64,000 bases of DNA from Leptolyngbyaceae cyanobacterium (lineage in GTDB: Bacteria; Cyanobacteriota; Cyanobacteriia; Phormidesmidales; Phormidesmidaceae), in contig CBDHHL010000048.1 of NCBI GenBank assembly GCA_965263355.1, positions 96,001 through 160,000 on the forward strand, written 5' to 3'. Below, in pieces: positions 43,586 to 54,407 of this stretch. The notes below the pieces were generated by a model that was not told the DNA's origin, searched no databases, and saw only the letters and a list, made by a program, of their open reading frames with translations. Position 1 is the first letter of the stretch. Each line of letters begins with the position of its first letter. Position numbers and translations under genes: made by a program.

Positions 43586-43798
43586 CTAGCACTCACACTG
43601 TGAAAACGATTCGATATTGGCCAGTCGAAACCCCATTTGACATTGATACTGAGGCAATTGCGTAACAGACTCTAATTGTCTGGCACAGCCTAACTTGCCA
43701 TCACGTAAACGAGGTTGACCGCTTTGGTTAGCCATTAAGCAGCTGGCACAAACCGATGCAGACGGGATTACCTGGTTGTCTAGCAGAATCACCAACAT
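43586..43798 (-). CDS. Small Cys-containing conserved hypothetical protein downstream of crhR
   Basis: MLVIL..VCASCLMA..GQPR..GKLGC..YQCQMGFR. Confidence 0.75.
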   Translation of the reverse strand: MLVILLDNQVIPSASVCASCLMANQSGQPRLRDGKLGCARQLESVTQLPQYQCQMGFRLANIESFSQCEC

Positions 43799-43901
43799 AG
43801 TATGACGCCCCATCAACAATAAGCCCTAAGCCTATCTTAGGTGAGGTGTAAATGTATTGCACACAACTTTGGTCAGCTTGCACTGACCTCAGCCAATCTG
43901 C

Positions 43902-45305
43902 TTAAGATGCAGGGGTCTCAACCCGACGGCGACGGCGAGCCCGACGAGTACGTTGACGACGCGGCTCCTCCTGAGCCATGTAAGGCTCTTTATCACCGTC
44001 ACCCCGCATCCACGCAGGGCGGGTTTGATCATAGGCCATTTGCAAAGCAGCTGCCGCAACAGTATGAGGATCGTACTCCTCAGTTAGTTGTGACACAATC
44101 GGCAAAAAGGACGCCAACCGCTCGCTAGTCACCGCATCTTTAATCTGAGTTTGCAGCTTCTCTAGAGAACGCGCAGCGATTTCTGCCCGAGTGGGCACCT
44201 TGCAAAAAGCCAGCTCTTGCTTCAAATGACGCTCAATTTGGCGCAGATGATATTTCTCTAAAGGATGCACAATCGAAACAGCCCGACCTTCTTGGCCAGC
44301 ACGCCCGGTTCGACCGATACGATGCACATAGCTGTCCAAATTATCAGGTAGCTCGTAGTTGATTACGTGGGTCAGATTATCAACATGAATTCCGCGAGCA
44401 GCAATATCAGTAGCCACTACCCATCGCACTTGACCTTGCTTAAAACGCAGCAATAAACGCTCCCGTTGAGCTTGATTCAGATCGCCATGGTATTCATCAA
44501 CGCTATGACCAGCCAGTTGTAACTGACGTGTAAGTTCAGCCGCTGTCCGTCGGGTACGCACAAAAATAATGGCTGATTCGGGATCTTCCATCTCTAAAAT
44601 GGGCATCAGAGCACGGGGCTTACTCCAACCGGGAGGTACAACATAGGCTAGCTGGGTAATTCTCTGAGGGGCAGTATTTTGGGACTTGACCTTGACGGTC
44701 ACTGGGGATTTTAAAAACTTAGCCGCCAACTCACGAATCACAGGCTCCATCGTGGCTGAGAAAAATGCTGTTTGTCGCTCTGCTGGGGCATGATTCAGGA
44801 TGTTTTCCACGTCCTGGATAAAGCCCATATTAAGCATTTCATCAGCTTCATCTAGCACTAACCAACTTAGCTGCTCAAAACTGAGAGCACCTCGACTGAG
44901 TAAGTCTAAGACTCGTCCGGGAGTACCGACAACCATATGAACACCACGACGGAGCTGACTGAGCTGGCGTTCAATTGATTGACCACCGTAAACAGGCAAC
45001 ACCCGCAGCTGAGCACTATGCTTGAGACCTTGGACCGCCTGGCAGACCTGCATCGCCAGCTCGCGTGTCGGGGTGAGCACTAAGGCCTGTACGGAGCGCT
45101 TGTTGACATTTAACTGCTCCAGAATCGGTAGTGAGAAAGCGGCAGTCTTACCGGTTCCCGTTTGGGCTAAACCCACCACATCATGCCCGGCGAGCATATG
45201 GGGAATCGCTTGGGCTTGGATCGGCGTGGGCTCTTTAAAGCCAAGTTCATCCAAGTGTTGAACTTGGGGTTCAGATAACCCGAGGTCGGCAAAAGACAAT
45301 GTCAT
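43902..45305 (-). CDS. crhR: DEAD-box RNA helicase CrhR
   Basis: AQTGTGKT, PTRELA, DEAD, SAT, HRIGRTGRAG; CrhR-type C-terminus; directly downstream of rimO. Confidence 0.92.
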   Translation of the reverse strand: MTLSFADLGLSEPQVQHLDELGFKEPTPIQAQAIPHMLAGHDVVGLAQTGTGKTAAFSLPILEQLNVNKRSVQALVLTPTRELAMQVCQAVQGLKHSAQLRVLPVYGGQSIERQLSQLRRGVHMVVGTPGRVLDLLSRGALSFEQLSWLVLDEADEMLNMGFIQDVENILNHAPAERQTAFFSATMEPVIRELAAKFLKSPVTVKVKSQNTAPQRITQLAYVVPPGWSKPRALMPILEMEDPESAIIFVRTRRTAAELTRQLQLAGHSVDEYHGDLNQAQRERLLLRFKQGQVRWVVATDIAARGIHVDNLTHVINYELPDNLDSYVHRIGRTGRAGQEGRAVSIVHPLEKYHLRQIERHLKQELAFCKVPTRAEIAARSLEKLQTQIKDAVTSERLASFLPIVSQLTEEYDPHTVAAAALQMAYDQTRPAWMRGDGDKEPYMAQEEPRRQRTRRARRRRRVETPAS

Positions 45306-45342
45306 TTAGACTCCTTTGAGGTCATTGAGTGCAGACGAGAAA

Positions 45343-46704
45343 TTAAAGAGAAATACTGTTAGGCGCTAAATTTGAGACCGCAGAATTGACAGATACAAAT
45401 GTGCCAAAGAGATCATAGGTATCAGCTCCACTAATCTGTACAGGTACTATCTGGGCTAAAGGCGGTGCGCCTTTGACATAGACAAGACCATCGACATCCG
45501 GAGCAAAGCGAGCAGAGCGACCAATACATTCGCTTTGCCCCGGATTTTCTTGTTCAATAAGAACATCCACAACTTTGCCAATCTCAGATTGATTGCGCCT
45601 AAAAGAAATTTCTTGTTGAGTCAGCATCAGCTCTTCCCGCCGCTGGTGCATAACTACCGGATCAACTTGATTGGGTAACTCCATAGCTGGAGTACCTTCT
45701 TCAGCAGAGAAGGTAAACACACCGACATGATCAAACTCATGGCACTTTACAAATGCTTTAAGATGCTCAAAGTGAGCGTCTGTTTCGCCAGGAAAGCCCA
45801 CGATAAAGGTGGTCCGTAGAACGGCATCCGGTAACGCCGTCTTTAGGTGCTGAATGATGTCGTCGTTGACACGCCCTTGCCAAGGCCGATTCATTGCCCT
45901 CAATATTTCGGGATGAGAGTGCTGCAGTGGCAAATCTAAATAGGGCAAAACATTGGGTGTTGACCGAATAGCGTCGAGTACTGCCGCAGTCAGCCCCGTA
46001 GGATAGGCATAGTGCATCCGAATCCATCGCACGTCAACTTCTCCTAAAGCCCTTAGCAGCTCTGCGAGCTTTGGTTTACCGTACAGGTCTACACCATAAT
46101 TGGTCGTAATTTGGGAAATCAGCACCAACTCTTGCACCCCTTCAGCGGCAAGCTGATGGGCTTCAGCCACAATGGACTCAATTGGACGAGAGCGTTGATT
46201 GCCGCGTAAATGGGGAATAATGCAAAAGGCACAGCGATAATCGCAACCTTCAGCAACACGGATGTAAGCAACGCCTTCACTAGTGGTGCGATAACGAGGA
46301 ACTGTTTCATCAGCAATGTAAGTGGGCTCAGCCGAAACCACCTTGACCCGCTCCCCCGCCTCAGCCCGTTCTATCACCTCAACAATCCGGTGATAATCTC
46401 CAGTGCCAATCAAAGCAACCGCCTCGGGTATTTCCTCAAGTAGTTCTGATTGAAAATGCTGAGCTAAGCACCCCGCAATCACAATCTTTTTGTTAGCTTC
46501 CGCCAGCTCTACTAAAGTCCGAACCGACTCCTTACGAGCTTCTTCAATAAAACTGCAAGTATTGACAATGACATAGTCAGCAAGCTCTTCATTCGCATCA
46601 ACCTGATAACCGGCCCTAACCAAAAGGCCTAACATATGCTCAGTATCGACACGGTTTTTCTCACAACCCAAGTGAGAAATAGCAACAGTTGGCTTATGAA
46701 CCAT
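45343..46704 (-). CDS. rimO: Ribosomal protein S12 methylthiotransferase
   Basis: [23 protein letters not shown] radical SAM motif, APDVDG TRAM domain. Confidence 0.96.
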   Translation of the reverse strand: MVHKPTVAISHLGCEKNRVDTEHMLGLLVRAGYQVDANEELADYVIVNTCSFIEEARKESVRTLVELAEANKKIVIAGCLAQHFQSELLEEIPEAVALIGTGDYHRIVEVIERAEAGERVKVVSAEPTYIADETVPRYRTTSEGVAYIRVAEGCDYRCAFCIIPHLRGNQRSRPIESIVAEAHQLAAEGVQELVLISQITTNYGVDLYGKPKLAELLRALGEVDVRWIRMHYAYPTGLTAAVLDAIRSTPNVLPYLDLPLQHSHPEILRAMNRPWQGRVNDDIIQHLKTALPDAVLRTTFIVGFPGETDAHFEHLKAFVKCHEFDHVGVFTFSAEEGTPAMELPNQVDPVVMHQRREELMLTQQEISFRRNQSEIGKVVDVLIEQENPGQSECIGRSARFAPDVDGLVYVKGAPPLAQIVPVQISGADTYDLFGTFVSVNSAVSNLAPNSISL

Positions 46705-47039
46705 AAATTCTTATTATGCAAAAATTAGGGTGCTAGTCTCCAGAGCAGGCGTTGCGATCGCACGGATGACTCAGCACCTCACCCTATCACTGGACTTTTG
46801 AATGGGTAGCGATTGTTTTTGCCCGGTTGAGGAAATTATAACATAACTATACAATTCTGGGGATCTTCCTAGGAAGGATTGATTTGCCTGGGAAACAGCT
46901 TGTGCTGCATCTAAATAAAATGTAGCTATTGAGGCTGCCCATGCAGGCTCAATCCGAGGGATTTCTGGCAAATAGCATCTTTATTAGCTCAATTCATCCT
47001 GTAATCAACAGTGACAGTAACGTAAATTTTTGAGACCTT

Positions 47040-47849
47040 GTGGAGTTAAAAACACTTTTTAAGACATCAACCCCTGTCATTGGGGTAGTACATTTACTGC
47101 CTCTGCCTACATCAGCTCGTTGGCAGGGATCCTTGCAGGCAGTCGTCAATCGAGCAGTGCAGGAAGCCGTAGCGCTGGCATCTGGTGGTGTGCATGCCAT
47201 CATTGTAGAAAACTTTTTTGATGCACCCTTTACAAACGGCAACGTCGATCCTGCCGTAGTCAGCGCGATGACCATAGTAATTAGTCGTCTCAGGCAGCTA
47301 GTGACAGTCCCCATCGGTATCAATGTATTACGCAACGATGCCCATAGTGGATTAGCAATTGCAACCTGTACTGGCGCTGAGTTTATTCGAGTCAACGTGC
47401 TGACTGGAGTGATGGCAACAGATCAGGGTGTTATCGAAGGAGATGCCCATCGGATTATGCGCTATCGCCGAGAACTTGGTAGCGACATTAAGGTATTTGC
47501 TGATGTGCTGGTCAAACATGCTGTGCCCTTAGGTTCCATAGGTATGGAAACAGCTATGACTAATGCCGTTGCTGATACCATACACCGAGGCTTAGCCGAT
47601 GCCATCATTGTTTCTGGTGGGGCAACGGGACAGGCACCAACCCAGGAAGATCTGACTAATGCTAAAGCGACTGCAGGTAAAATTCCAGTTTTAATTGGCA
47701 GCGGCGCTACCGTGGACAATATTACTCAGCTAATCAAATCGGCAGATGGGGTCATTGTTGCTAGTTCCTTAAAACGATGGGGCCAGATTGAGCAGCCCGT
47801 GGACCCCCATCGTGTGGGTCAATTTATGGATGCGATATCGTGCCCGTAG
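47040..47849 (+). CDS. btpA: Photosystem I biogenesis protein BtpA
   Basis: IGVVHLLPLP, ENFFDAPF, GINVLRND, ADVLVKHA. Confidence 0.93.
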   Translation: MELKTLFKTSTPVIGVVHLLPLPTSARWQGSLQAVVNRAVQEAVALASGGVHAIIVENFFDAPFTNGNVDPAVVSAMTIVISRLRQLVTVPIGINVLRNDAHSGLAIATCTGAEFIRVNVLTGVMATDQGVIEGDAHRIMRYRRELGSDIKVFADVLVKHAVPLGSIGMETAMTNAVADTIHRGLADAIIVSGGATGQAPTQEDLTNAKATAGKIPVLIGSGATVDNITQLIKSADGVIVASSLKRWGQIEQPVDPHRVGQFMDAISCP

Positions 47850-47871
47850 GGGTTGGCATGTCAACCTCTAC
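47846..47871. repeat. REP-like palindrome overlapping the btpA stop codon
   Basis: gtaggggttggcatgtcaacctctac. Confidence 0.6.
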
Positions 47872-48023
47872 AGACACAATTGCTGGTAATGATTCTGGAA
47901 CATCTTTACCGAAGGCACTATTTTTTGTCTAAGATGCAGTCGGGGCTGTCTGGGAATAGTCTATCTATTGGGGTATGTCCTACTTTTTGTTTATCTTGAT
48001 GAGCTGAGAGTTATCCGTAAGTT

Positions 48024-48947
48024 ATGGGACGTCGCCGTAAAGAAACTCGTGGAATTTATCGTTGGTCGCGCCCAGCCATTGGTGCGATCGCAACCGTTGG
48101 AGCCCTAGGCACCGCTTATTTAACGGTGATCAAACTGATGGGAAACAATGCCGCATGTCCCGTAAAGGGCTGTGATCAGGTCCTAAACAGTGCCTATGCA
48201 GAGGTATTTGGCATTCCGTTGACATTATTTGGCTGCCTCGCCTATTTGTCTATGGTGGCGTTATCCTTGGGGCCACTATTGATCAATGAAGAAAGCAATA
48301 GCAAACAGCGTCAGCAGCTAGAAGACACCACATGGCCGCTCTTATTTATTGGAGCCACAGGCATGATGGTCTTTAGCGGATATTTAATGTACCTGCTCGC
48401 TACTGAACTCCAAGCCGCTTGCCTCTATTGCATTGCGTCTGCATCCTTTACGGTGCTCATGTTCTTACTGGCTCTGTTGGGTCGCCAGTGGGAAGACCAA
48501 GGGGCACTTATATTTCGTGGAGTGATCATGGGCATGGTAACCCTAGTGGCTACCATTGGTATGTATTCCATTAGTATCAATGGCCCAGCCGCCACTGCCA
48601 GCAGTGCTGGCAATACAGGTCCTGCAATTACCAGTACCTCTGGCCCAGCAGAAGTCGCTTTGGCTAAGCATCTCAAAGAAATAGGAGCCAAAATGTATGG
48701 TGCCTACTGGTGCCCCCATTGCTTTGACCAAAAGCAGCTCTTTGGTCAAGAGGCGAAGAAATATATGCCTTACATCGAATGTGCTGAGGATGGTGCTGAT
48801 TCTCAAACGGCACTCTGTAAGTCCGTCCCCGAAATTAGTGGATTCCCGACTTGGGAGGTCAATGGTCAATTTTTACCCGGCACCCAGACCTTGAGCAAAC
48901 TAGCCGAAGCCTCGGGCTATCAAGGCCCTACGGATTTCAAAAATTAA
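48024..48947 (+). CDS. Vitamin K epoxide reductase-thioredoxin fusion (DsbAB/LTO1-like)
   Basis: CPVKGCDQVL, CLYC, YGAYWCPHC, GFPTW. Confidence 0.93.
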   Translation: MGRRRKETRGIYRWSRPAIGAIATVGALGTAYLTVIKLMGNNAACPVKGCDQVLNSAYAEVFGIPLTLFGCLAYLSMVALSLGPLLINEESNSKQRQQLEDTTWPLLFIGATGMMVFSGYLMYLLATELQAACLYCIASASFTVLMFLLALLGRQWEDQGALIFRGVIMGMVTLVATIGMYSISINGPAATASSAGNTGPAITSTSGPAEVALAKHLKEIGAKMYGAYWCPHCFDQKQLFGQEAKKYMPYIECAEDGADSQTALCKSVPEISGFPTWEVNGQFLPGTQTLSKLAEASGYQGPTDFKN

Positions 48948-48963
48948 TTCTTTAAAGGCATTG

Positions 48964-49003
48964 CATTGTTTAGGGTCATGGCATGCCATGACCCTAAACA
49001 ATG
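48964..49003. repeat. Perfect 40-bp palindrome between convergent genes (REP-like or terminator)
   Basis: cattgtttagggtcatggca|tgccatgaccctaaacaatg. Confidence 0.75.
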
Positions 49004-49010
49004 TGTCAAT

Positions 49011-50210
49011 CTAACTAAAATTGATTTCTAGTAGGGACAGATCATCAGAAAGATCTTGACCTACGGCCATGCTGGGCATTACAGCATGACTAATCAGCTG
49101 ATCCAGCTGCCCTGGTCGCGGACATTTGACAATGTGTTCAATAAAGCTGTCTAGTCCAAGAATTTCACCAGCTTCCGCCAAAGATGTTTCCGGCACTTCG
49201 TAGACACCATCGCTAAAAATATAGAGATAGCTGTTATCTGGAATTGAGCACCGCTTCCAGGTATAAGTCGTGTCCGGCATCATACCAATAGGCATCCCCG
49301 GTGTTCGCAAACGCATCGTTTCAGCCATAACCGCCCCATTCTCAAGGTTTTTGACTGTTTCAGATTGAGACAGCAACACTGCTGGCGGATGACCTGCACT
49401 GGCATACATGAGCTGACGATTGACACGATTGTAGACGCCGTACCAAATGGTGAAGTATTTTTCGTTTTGGTCGGTCATCTGAAACATATTGTTTAGACTT
49501 TCGAGTACCTTATCAGGCCGATAAAAATTTGTGCCGGGTAGGGACTGCGATCTCAATACATTCAGCACAGACGTAGACAGCAGCGCTGCGCCTAACCCAT
49601 GCCCCGAAACATCCAGCAGATACATCACCAGATAATCGGGATCTAACCAGTAAAAATCAAAACAATCCCCCCCTAGTTGCTGAGATGGCAGAAAGCGAGT
49701 TTGAATTTTCACAGGCGGCTTATCCGTATCTCTGGGCAAAAGTGACTGCACATAGGACGCAGCTTCTGCTAACTCATTCTCCAGATACTGTTTTTGCTTT
49801 TTCAAATCACGGGTCAGCTGACATAGACGCATCCCAGATTTAACACGAGCCTTGAGTTCCGCCATATCAATAGGTTTCATCAACAGATCGTCGGCCCCTG
49901 CTTCTAGGGCTTCTACACGACTGGCTGTCTCCGCATGGGCGGTAATCAACAGAAACGAACTCATAGAGAGATCTGGGTGCTCCTTTAAGCGACGGCAAAT
50001 CTCCAAGCCATCCATCTTACCTGGCAAACGCCAATCACAGAGGATCACCGGGGGGGTAATCGCTAATGCCTGCTCTAAACCAGCAGCAGCTGTTTCTGCA
50101 ATTGCCACACGATATCCCTGGCTTTGCAAAATTCTTTGAAGGATACGTCGAATGATCGGATCGTCATCGATCACTAAAATATCTGCGATAGGATCAACTG
50201 CCTTCACCAT
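49011..50210 (-). CDS. Response regulator-PP2C (SpoIIE/RsbU-type) phosphatase
   Basis: ILVIDDD receiver domain; LGGDCFD, DVSGHG, SAGHPP, FSDG, DDLSLL. Confidence 0.92.
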   Translation of the reverse strand: MVKAVDPIADILVIDDDPIIRRILQRILQSQGYRVAIAETAAAGLEQALAITPPVILCDWRLPGKMDGLEICRRLKEHPDLSMSSFLLITAHAETASRVEALEAGADDLLMKPIDMAELKARVKSGMRLCQLTRDLKKQKQYLENELAEAASYVQSLLPRDTDKPPVKIQTRFLPSQQLGGDCFDFYWLDPDYLVMYLLDVSGHGLGAALLSTSVLNVLRSQSLPGTNFYRPDKVLESLNNMFQMTDQNEKYFTIWYGVYNRVNRQLMYASAGHPPAVLLSQSETVKNLENGAVMAETMRLRTPGMPIGMMPDTTYTWKRCSIPDNSYLYIFSDGVYEVPETSLAEAGEILGLDSFIEHIVKCPRPGQLDQLISHAVMPSMAVGQDLSDDLSLLEINFS

Positions 50211-50818
50211 TACACCAAGACGACGCAAAGGTTTGTTTCAAAATGCCATTTTCCTAACCCCATGCTGGCATTCCTCCATGGACTATTAGCTTTACTACTC
50301 ATGGCATTGAGGTCCCACCAACGTGATTAGCAAACAACTAGCAATCGGAATGATATCAAAGGGTAAAAGACTCTCTTAATCCGAGAAAAATTCTGGGTTT
50401 CAGCTAGAGTGTACCCTTCTCATTCAGACATATGAAGATAATTAGTCAAAAATATGTGTATACAAACTTCCAAAGAATGGCAGCCAAAAACAGTAAGTCA
50501 ACTGTAATTAATTTTTTGAGCTAATAGAAACAATAGTCGAACTGCATCTTTATCGATGGACTATTTTATCAGTCTACAGAGGATATTTGCGAACTAACGA
50601 GTGATTATAGAGCTGTCAAAATAATGTATCTGCCGTAGATATAACATCGGACGTCTAAAGTGAGAAAGTGTGCCCTTCAGCTAGGTACGATTAGAAACGG
50701 GATGAATATGCCAAAAATTTGGTATCAGAGTATGCGCCATAGGTGAAAAATTATTGCAATCCTACCCTGGGCCCAGAGGTAATTTCTAAGCTAAGATTGC
50801 GCTGCTACTACTTTAACT

Positions 50819-51283
50819 ATGGAAAGTACCTGTGATCTACCCACCAGCTGCGTTTTACCCGTTCTAAAGTCCCCCCAAGATTACCAGGTATTTCGCATTA
50901 GTCCCGACGACCAAAACCGCTTAGCGCTTTTAGTAGACCCCACATTAGGCCACGCTAAGTTAACTTGCTGTGTAGAAATTTTTGATGCGGGTGGCAGAAC
51001 ACCTATCCATCGCCATCAAGTGGCTGCGGAAATGTTCTACGTGCTCAAAGGTGAAGGACGGGTTGTTTGTGATGGTAAAAATTCAACCATTCGAACGGGA
51101 GACAGTATTCTAGTGCCGTCCCATGGGGTTCATTTTGTTGAGAATATTGGTTCACAACGCCTCTACTTACTTAGTGTAATGGTGCCTAACGAGGATTTCG
51201 CAGAACTCATTCATAATGGGGTCCCAGCAGAATTAGATGAAGAGGACATGGCTGTTTTAGGGCGGCAGACCCATAGCGTTTAA
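50819..51283 (+). CDS. Cupin domain protein
   Basis: TPIHRHQVAAEMFYVLKGEG...GVHFVEN. Confidence 0.88.
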   Translation: MESTCDLPTSCVLPVLKSPQDYQVFRISPDDQNRLALLVDPTLGHAKLTCCVEIFDAGGRTPIHRHQVAAEMFYVLKGEGRVVCDGKNSTIRTGDSILVPSHGVHFVENIGSQRLYLLSVMVPNEDFAELIHNGVPAELDEEDMAVLGRQTHSV

Positions 51284-52962
51284 TGCCGTCTGATTTTCTG
51301 CCTGTAAAACCTAAACGGATCTATTCACTGCAGATGCGGGATGGCACCCGTTTAGATGCAGATGTTTATTACCCTGACACAGAGGGGCCATGGCCTGTAT
51401 TACTAATGCGTCAGCCCTATGGGCGTGCGATCGCATCCACCGTCGTCTATGCCCATCCCACCTGGTATGCTGCCTATGGCTACATCGTGGTGATTCAAGA
51501 TGTGCGGGGTCGCGGGACGTCTGAAGGGAAGTTTGACCTATTTGCCCATGAGGTTAAAGACGGCTACGACACTGTTCAGTGGGCTGCCCAGCTACCTGGC
51601 AGCAATGGACAGGTGGGCATGTATGGATTTTCTTACCAAGGCATGACCCAGCTTTATGCAGCCCAAGCTCAGCCTTCTGCCCTCAAAGCCCTAGCTCCAG
51701 CAATGGTAGGGTACGACTTATATCAAGATTGGGCTTACGAAAATGGTGCACTACGGTTGCAAGCCGGATTAGGCTGGGCCATCCAATTGGCGGCAGAAAC
51801 TGCTCGGTTAAACGATGATGCGACAGCATTTAATGCCTTACGAGCAACCTCTCGAAATTTACCACTCAACGGCCCGATCTCTGCCTATCCAGATGTGATT
51901 AAGCAACATGCCCCCAAGTCATTTTGGCATGACTGGCTTGCCCATCCTCAAAATGATGACTATTGGCAGTCCTTAAAACCTGACTTAACTGATGTTGATT
52001 TGCCTATGCTCCACGTAGGAGGATGGTTTGATACTTATCTAACTGGTGATATCAGGCTCTTTAAAGAAATGGTCGGTCGTAGCCAGTATCCTCAACATCT
52101 ATGGGTGGGGCCTTGGGGGCATATTCCTTGGAGTCGCCAGGTTGGTGAAATGGATTTTGGACATCAGGCCATGAATCCGATTGATCAGCTACAGATTCAA
52201 TGGTTTGATCATTTTCTCAAAGGTGATGGTACGGATTTACGGAGTCAGTCTCCGGTGAATCTTTTTGAAATGGTCGGCAACCAGTGGCGAGCATTTGATG
52301 CCTGGCCTCAGGATACACAGCAAACGCAGTATCAGCTTAAGAGCTATGGGTTAGCAGCCATGCGCACAGATAACGGTCGATTGGATTTAGACGATTCTGA
52401 CCTAGATTCAAACCTTGGAGAGGCAACAAAAACAAAGCCAGCTCAAATTGTAGATGTGCTGGTACACGATCCATGGCGACCAGCACCGTCATTAGGAGGT
52501 CATGCGGCCTTTCCATCTGGTTCGTTTGAGCGCACAGCATTAGAGGGGCGTAGCGATATATTGACCTACACGACACCGCTATTAGAGCAAGACCTGGCAG
52601 TAGTTGGTCGAGCAATGGTGACCCTACATATTCAGGCAGATGCCCCTAGCTATGATCTCTGTGCAGTGCTGTCAGTGGTTTATCCTGACCATCGCGTCTT
52701 TAACCTAACGCAAGGCTATAAGCGTATTGTTGATAACACGGACAGACAGAGTGTAAGAGTGCTGTTGCAGCCCACCTGTTTTCGATTATCTGCAGGACAA
52801 GCCCTACGGTTAAGTTTAAGTGCGGCTTGTTTTCCTGCCTATACGGTGAATTCTGGCACTAACTGTAATTTCCTGGATACGGTGCCTACCATTGAGCACC
52901 AGATTATTACCCTAACGCTCCATCAGAGCGATGATACCTTGCTGACGCTGCCAATAGCTTAA
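51283..52962 (+). CDS. CocE/NonD family serine hydrolase
   Basis: MRDGTRLDAD, RQPYG, QDVRGRGTSEG, GFSYQG, GGWFD, GPWGH. Confidence 0.93.
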   Translation: MPSDFLPVKPKRIYSLQMRDGTRLDADVYYPDTEGPWPVLLMRQPYGRAIASTVVYAHPTWYAAYGYIVVIQDVRGRGTSEGKFDLFAHEVKDGYDTVQWAAQLPGSNGQVGMYGFSYQGMTQLYAAQAQPSALKALAPAMVGYDLYQDWAYENGALRLQAGLGWAIQLAAETARLNDDATAFNALRATSRNLPLNGPISAYPDVIKQHAPKSFWHDWLAHPQNDDYWQSLKPDLTDVDLPMLHVGGWFDTYLTGDIRLFKEMVGRSQYPQHLWVGPWGHIPWSRQVGEMDFGHQAMNPIDQLQIQWFDHFLKGDGTDLRSQSPVNLFEMVGNQWRAFDAWPQDTQQTQYQLKSYGLAAMRTDNGRLDLDDSDLDSNLGEATKTKPAQIVDVLVHDPWRPAPSLGGHAAFPSGSFERTALEGRSDILTYTTPLLEQDLAVVGRAMVTLHIQADAPSYDLCAVLSVVYPDHRVFNLTQGYKRIVDNTDRQSVRVLLQPTCFRLSAGQALRLSLSAACFPAYTVNSGTNCNFLDTVPTIEHQIITLTLHQSDDTLLTLPIA

Positions 52963-53675
52963 GCGTCATCTAGTTCAATCCCTTGAGCTTTAAGTTTTGC
53001 CTTGAGTGCCTTTAGTTCTGCCTCTGCTTGATCTGCCCGCTGAGCTTCCTGATCTGCCCGCTGGGCTTCCTGATCTGCCCGCTGGGCCTCCTGATCCGCC
53101 CGTTCTCTTTGTTCATCAGGAATTAAAAGTTTTTGACCTGTTTCTAGCTCATAGAAATCAATGAGAGTATTGGCGACTTCTAACCTAAGGCTTAGCATCT
53201 GACTGATGCCGTCATTGATAGGTTTATAGTTATCGTTCTCCATGCGGTATCCACGTAGCTGCTCGGTAATCCATTCACCTTTGGGATCAAATTGCCAATA
53301 CTCAAGCACTCCCATGGATTCGTAAAGGTCATATTTGCTGATTTCATCCTTTTGACGGGTTCCTTTGGAGGTCATTTCAAAAATGACGGCTGGCACTGAG
53401 CCCTCTTGCCAAACTTTATAACTGTCTCGTCCACCTGGTTCTACATCAAAAATCACCATCACATCGGGAGCAACTCGCATGTTTGGAAGTCCCTGGGCGT
53501 AGTACAGGAACTGATTAGCTAAAACCGTTGCTCGTTGACCCTTTAGGTATTGTCGTAACACTTCCAACGTAATCAGCAGAGCGTACAAATGGTCAAAGGT
53601 TTCTGCCACAGGGGTGCCGTCTCCGGTGGGGTAGATAATCTGAGAGTTTTGAGTGTTCGGAACAGTTGCTGTCAT
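52959..53675 (-). CDS. Uma2 family (DUF820) endonuclease-like protein
   Basis: YPTGDG, VAPDVMV, IFEMTS, EYWQFDP; RADQEAQ coiled-coil tail. Confidence 0.92.
   Translation of the reverse strand: MTATVPNTQNSQIIYPTGDGTPVAETFDHLYALLITLEVLRQYLKGQRATVLANQFLYYAQGLPNMRVAPDVMVIFDVEPGGRDSYKVWQEGSVPAVIFEMTSKGTRQKDEISKYDLYESMGVLEYWQFDPKGEWITEQLRGYRMENDNYKPINDGISQMLSLRLEVANTLIDFYELETGQKLLIPDEQRERADQEAQRADQEAQRADQEAQRADQAEAELKALKAKLKAQGIELDDA
53029..53103. repeat. 21-bp coding tandem repeat (RADQEAQ, about 3.5 copies)
   Basis: tgatctgcccgctg(a/g)gcttcc units. Confidence 0.85.
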
Positions 53676-53735
53676 GGCCTTATTCCAATCTCAGGTTAGA
53701 GTTCATTTGTACTTATTCTAGCACTGGGGTGATGT

Positions 53736-54350
53736 TTAGACCTGTAACACGCCTTTAGAGCTGGGGATAGCATGGGCTCGGCGGGGGTCAATCTCGGTAG
53801 CCATGCGCATGGCTCGGGCAAAAGCTTTAAAGGTGGCTTCGATGATGTGGTGAGAGTTGATGCCATCGAGTTGGCGAATATGAAGAGTCATGAGGCTGTG
53901 GTGGACAACGGCCATGAAGAATTCGCGCACCAACTGGGTGTCATAGGTGCCAACGCGCTGGGTGGGGATATCGAGGCCGTAAGCCAGATAGGGCCGACCA
54001 GAAAAGTCGAGGGATACTTGGATCAGGGATTCGTCGAGGGGAGCGACGAAATGGCCAAAGCGAACAATGCCTTTGCGGTTGCCGAGGGCCTCGTGCAGAG
54101 CCATACCAAGGGTGATACCAACGTCTTCATTGGTGTGATGGTCATCGATTTCAAGATCGCCTTTGGCCTGAATATCGATGTCAAACAGGCCGTGGGAGGC
54201 GATTTGGTTGAGCATATGGTCGAGGAAGGGGATGCCGGTGTTGGCATTGCACTGACCAGTGCCGTCAACGTTGAGGGTAACGGCGACATCGGTTTCTTTG
54301 GTGGTGCGGGTAACGGTTGCAGTACGGGTAGGGAATTCGGGATTTTGCAT
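53736..54350 (-). CDS. hisB: Imidazoleglycerol-phosphate dehydratase
   Basis: [34 protein letters not shown]. Confidence 0.98.
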   Translation of the reverse strand: MQNPEFPTRTATVTRTTKETDVAVTLNVDGTGQCNANTGIPFLDHMLNQIASHGLFDIDIQAKGDLEIDDHHTNEDVGITLGMALHEALGNRKGIVRFGHFVAPLDESLIQVSLDFSGRPYLAYGLDIPTQRVGTYDTQLVREFFMAVVHHSLMTLHIRQLDGINSHHIIEATFKAFARAMRMATEIDPRRAHAIPSSKGVLQV

Positions 54351-54407
54351 GATTTTTAGGTTTGTAGGGGCAGACCTTGTGGTTATTGACCAATGCCTAT
54401 TACCTAG

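Noticed and set aside
53772..54359. 195-aa plus-strand ORF antisense to hisB
   Set aside because: Codon-register mirror of hisB, explained by its skewed codon usage; no recognisable protein features.
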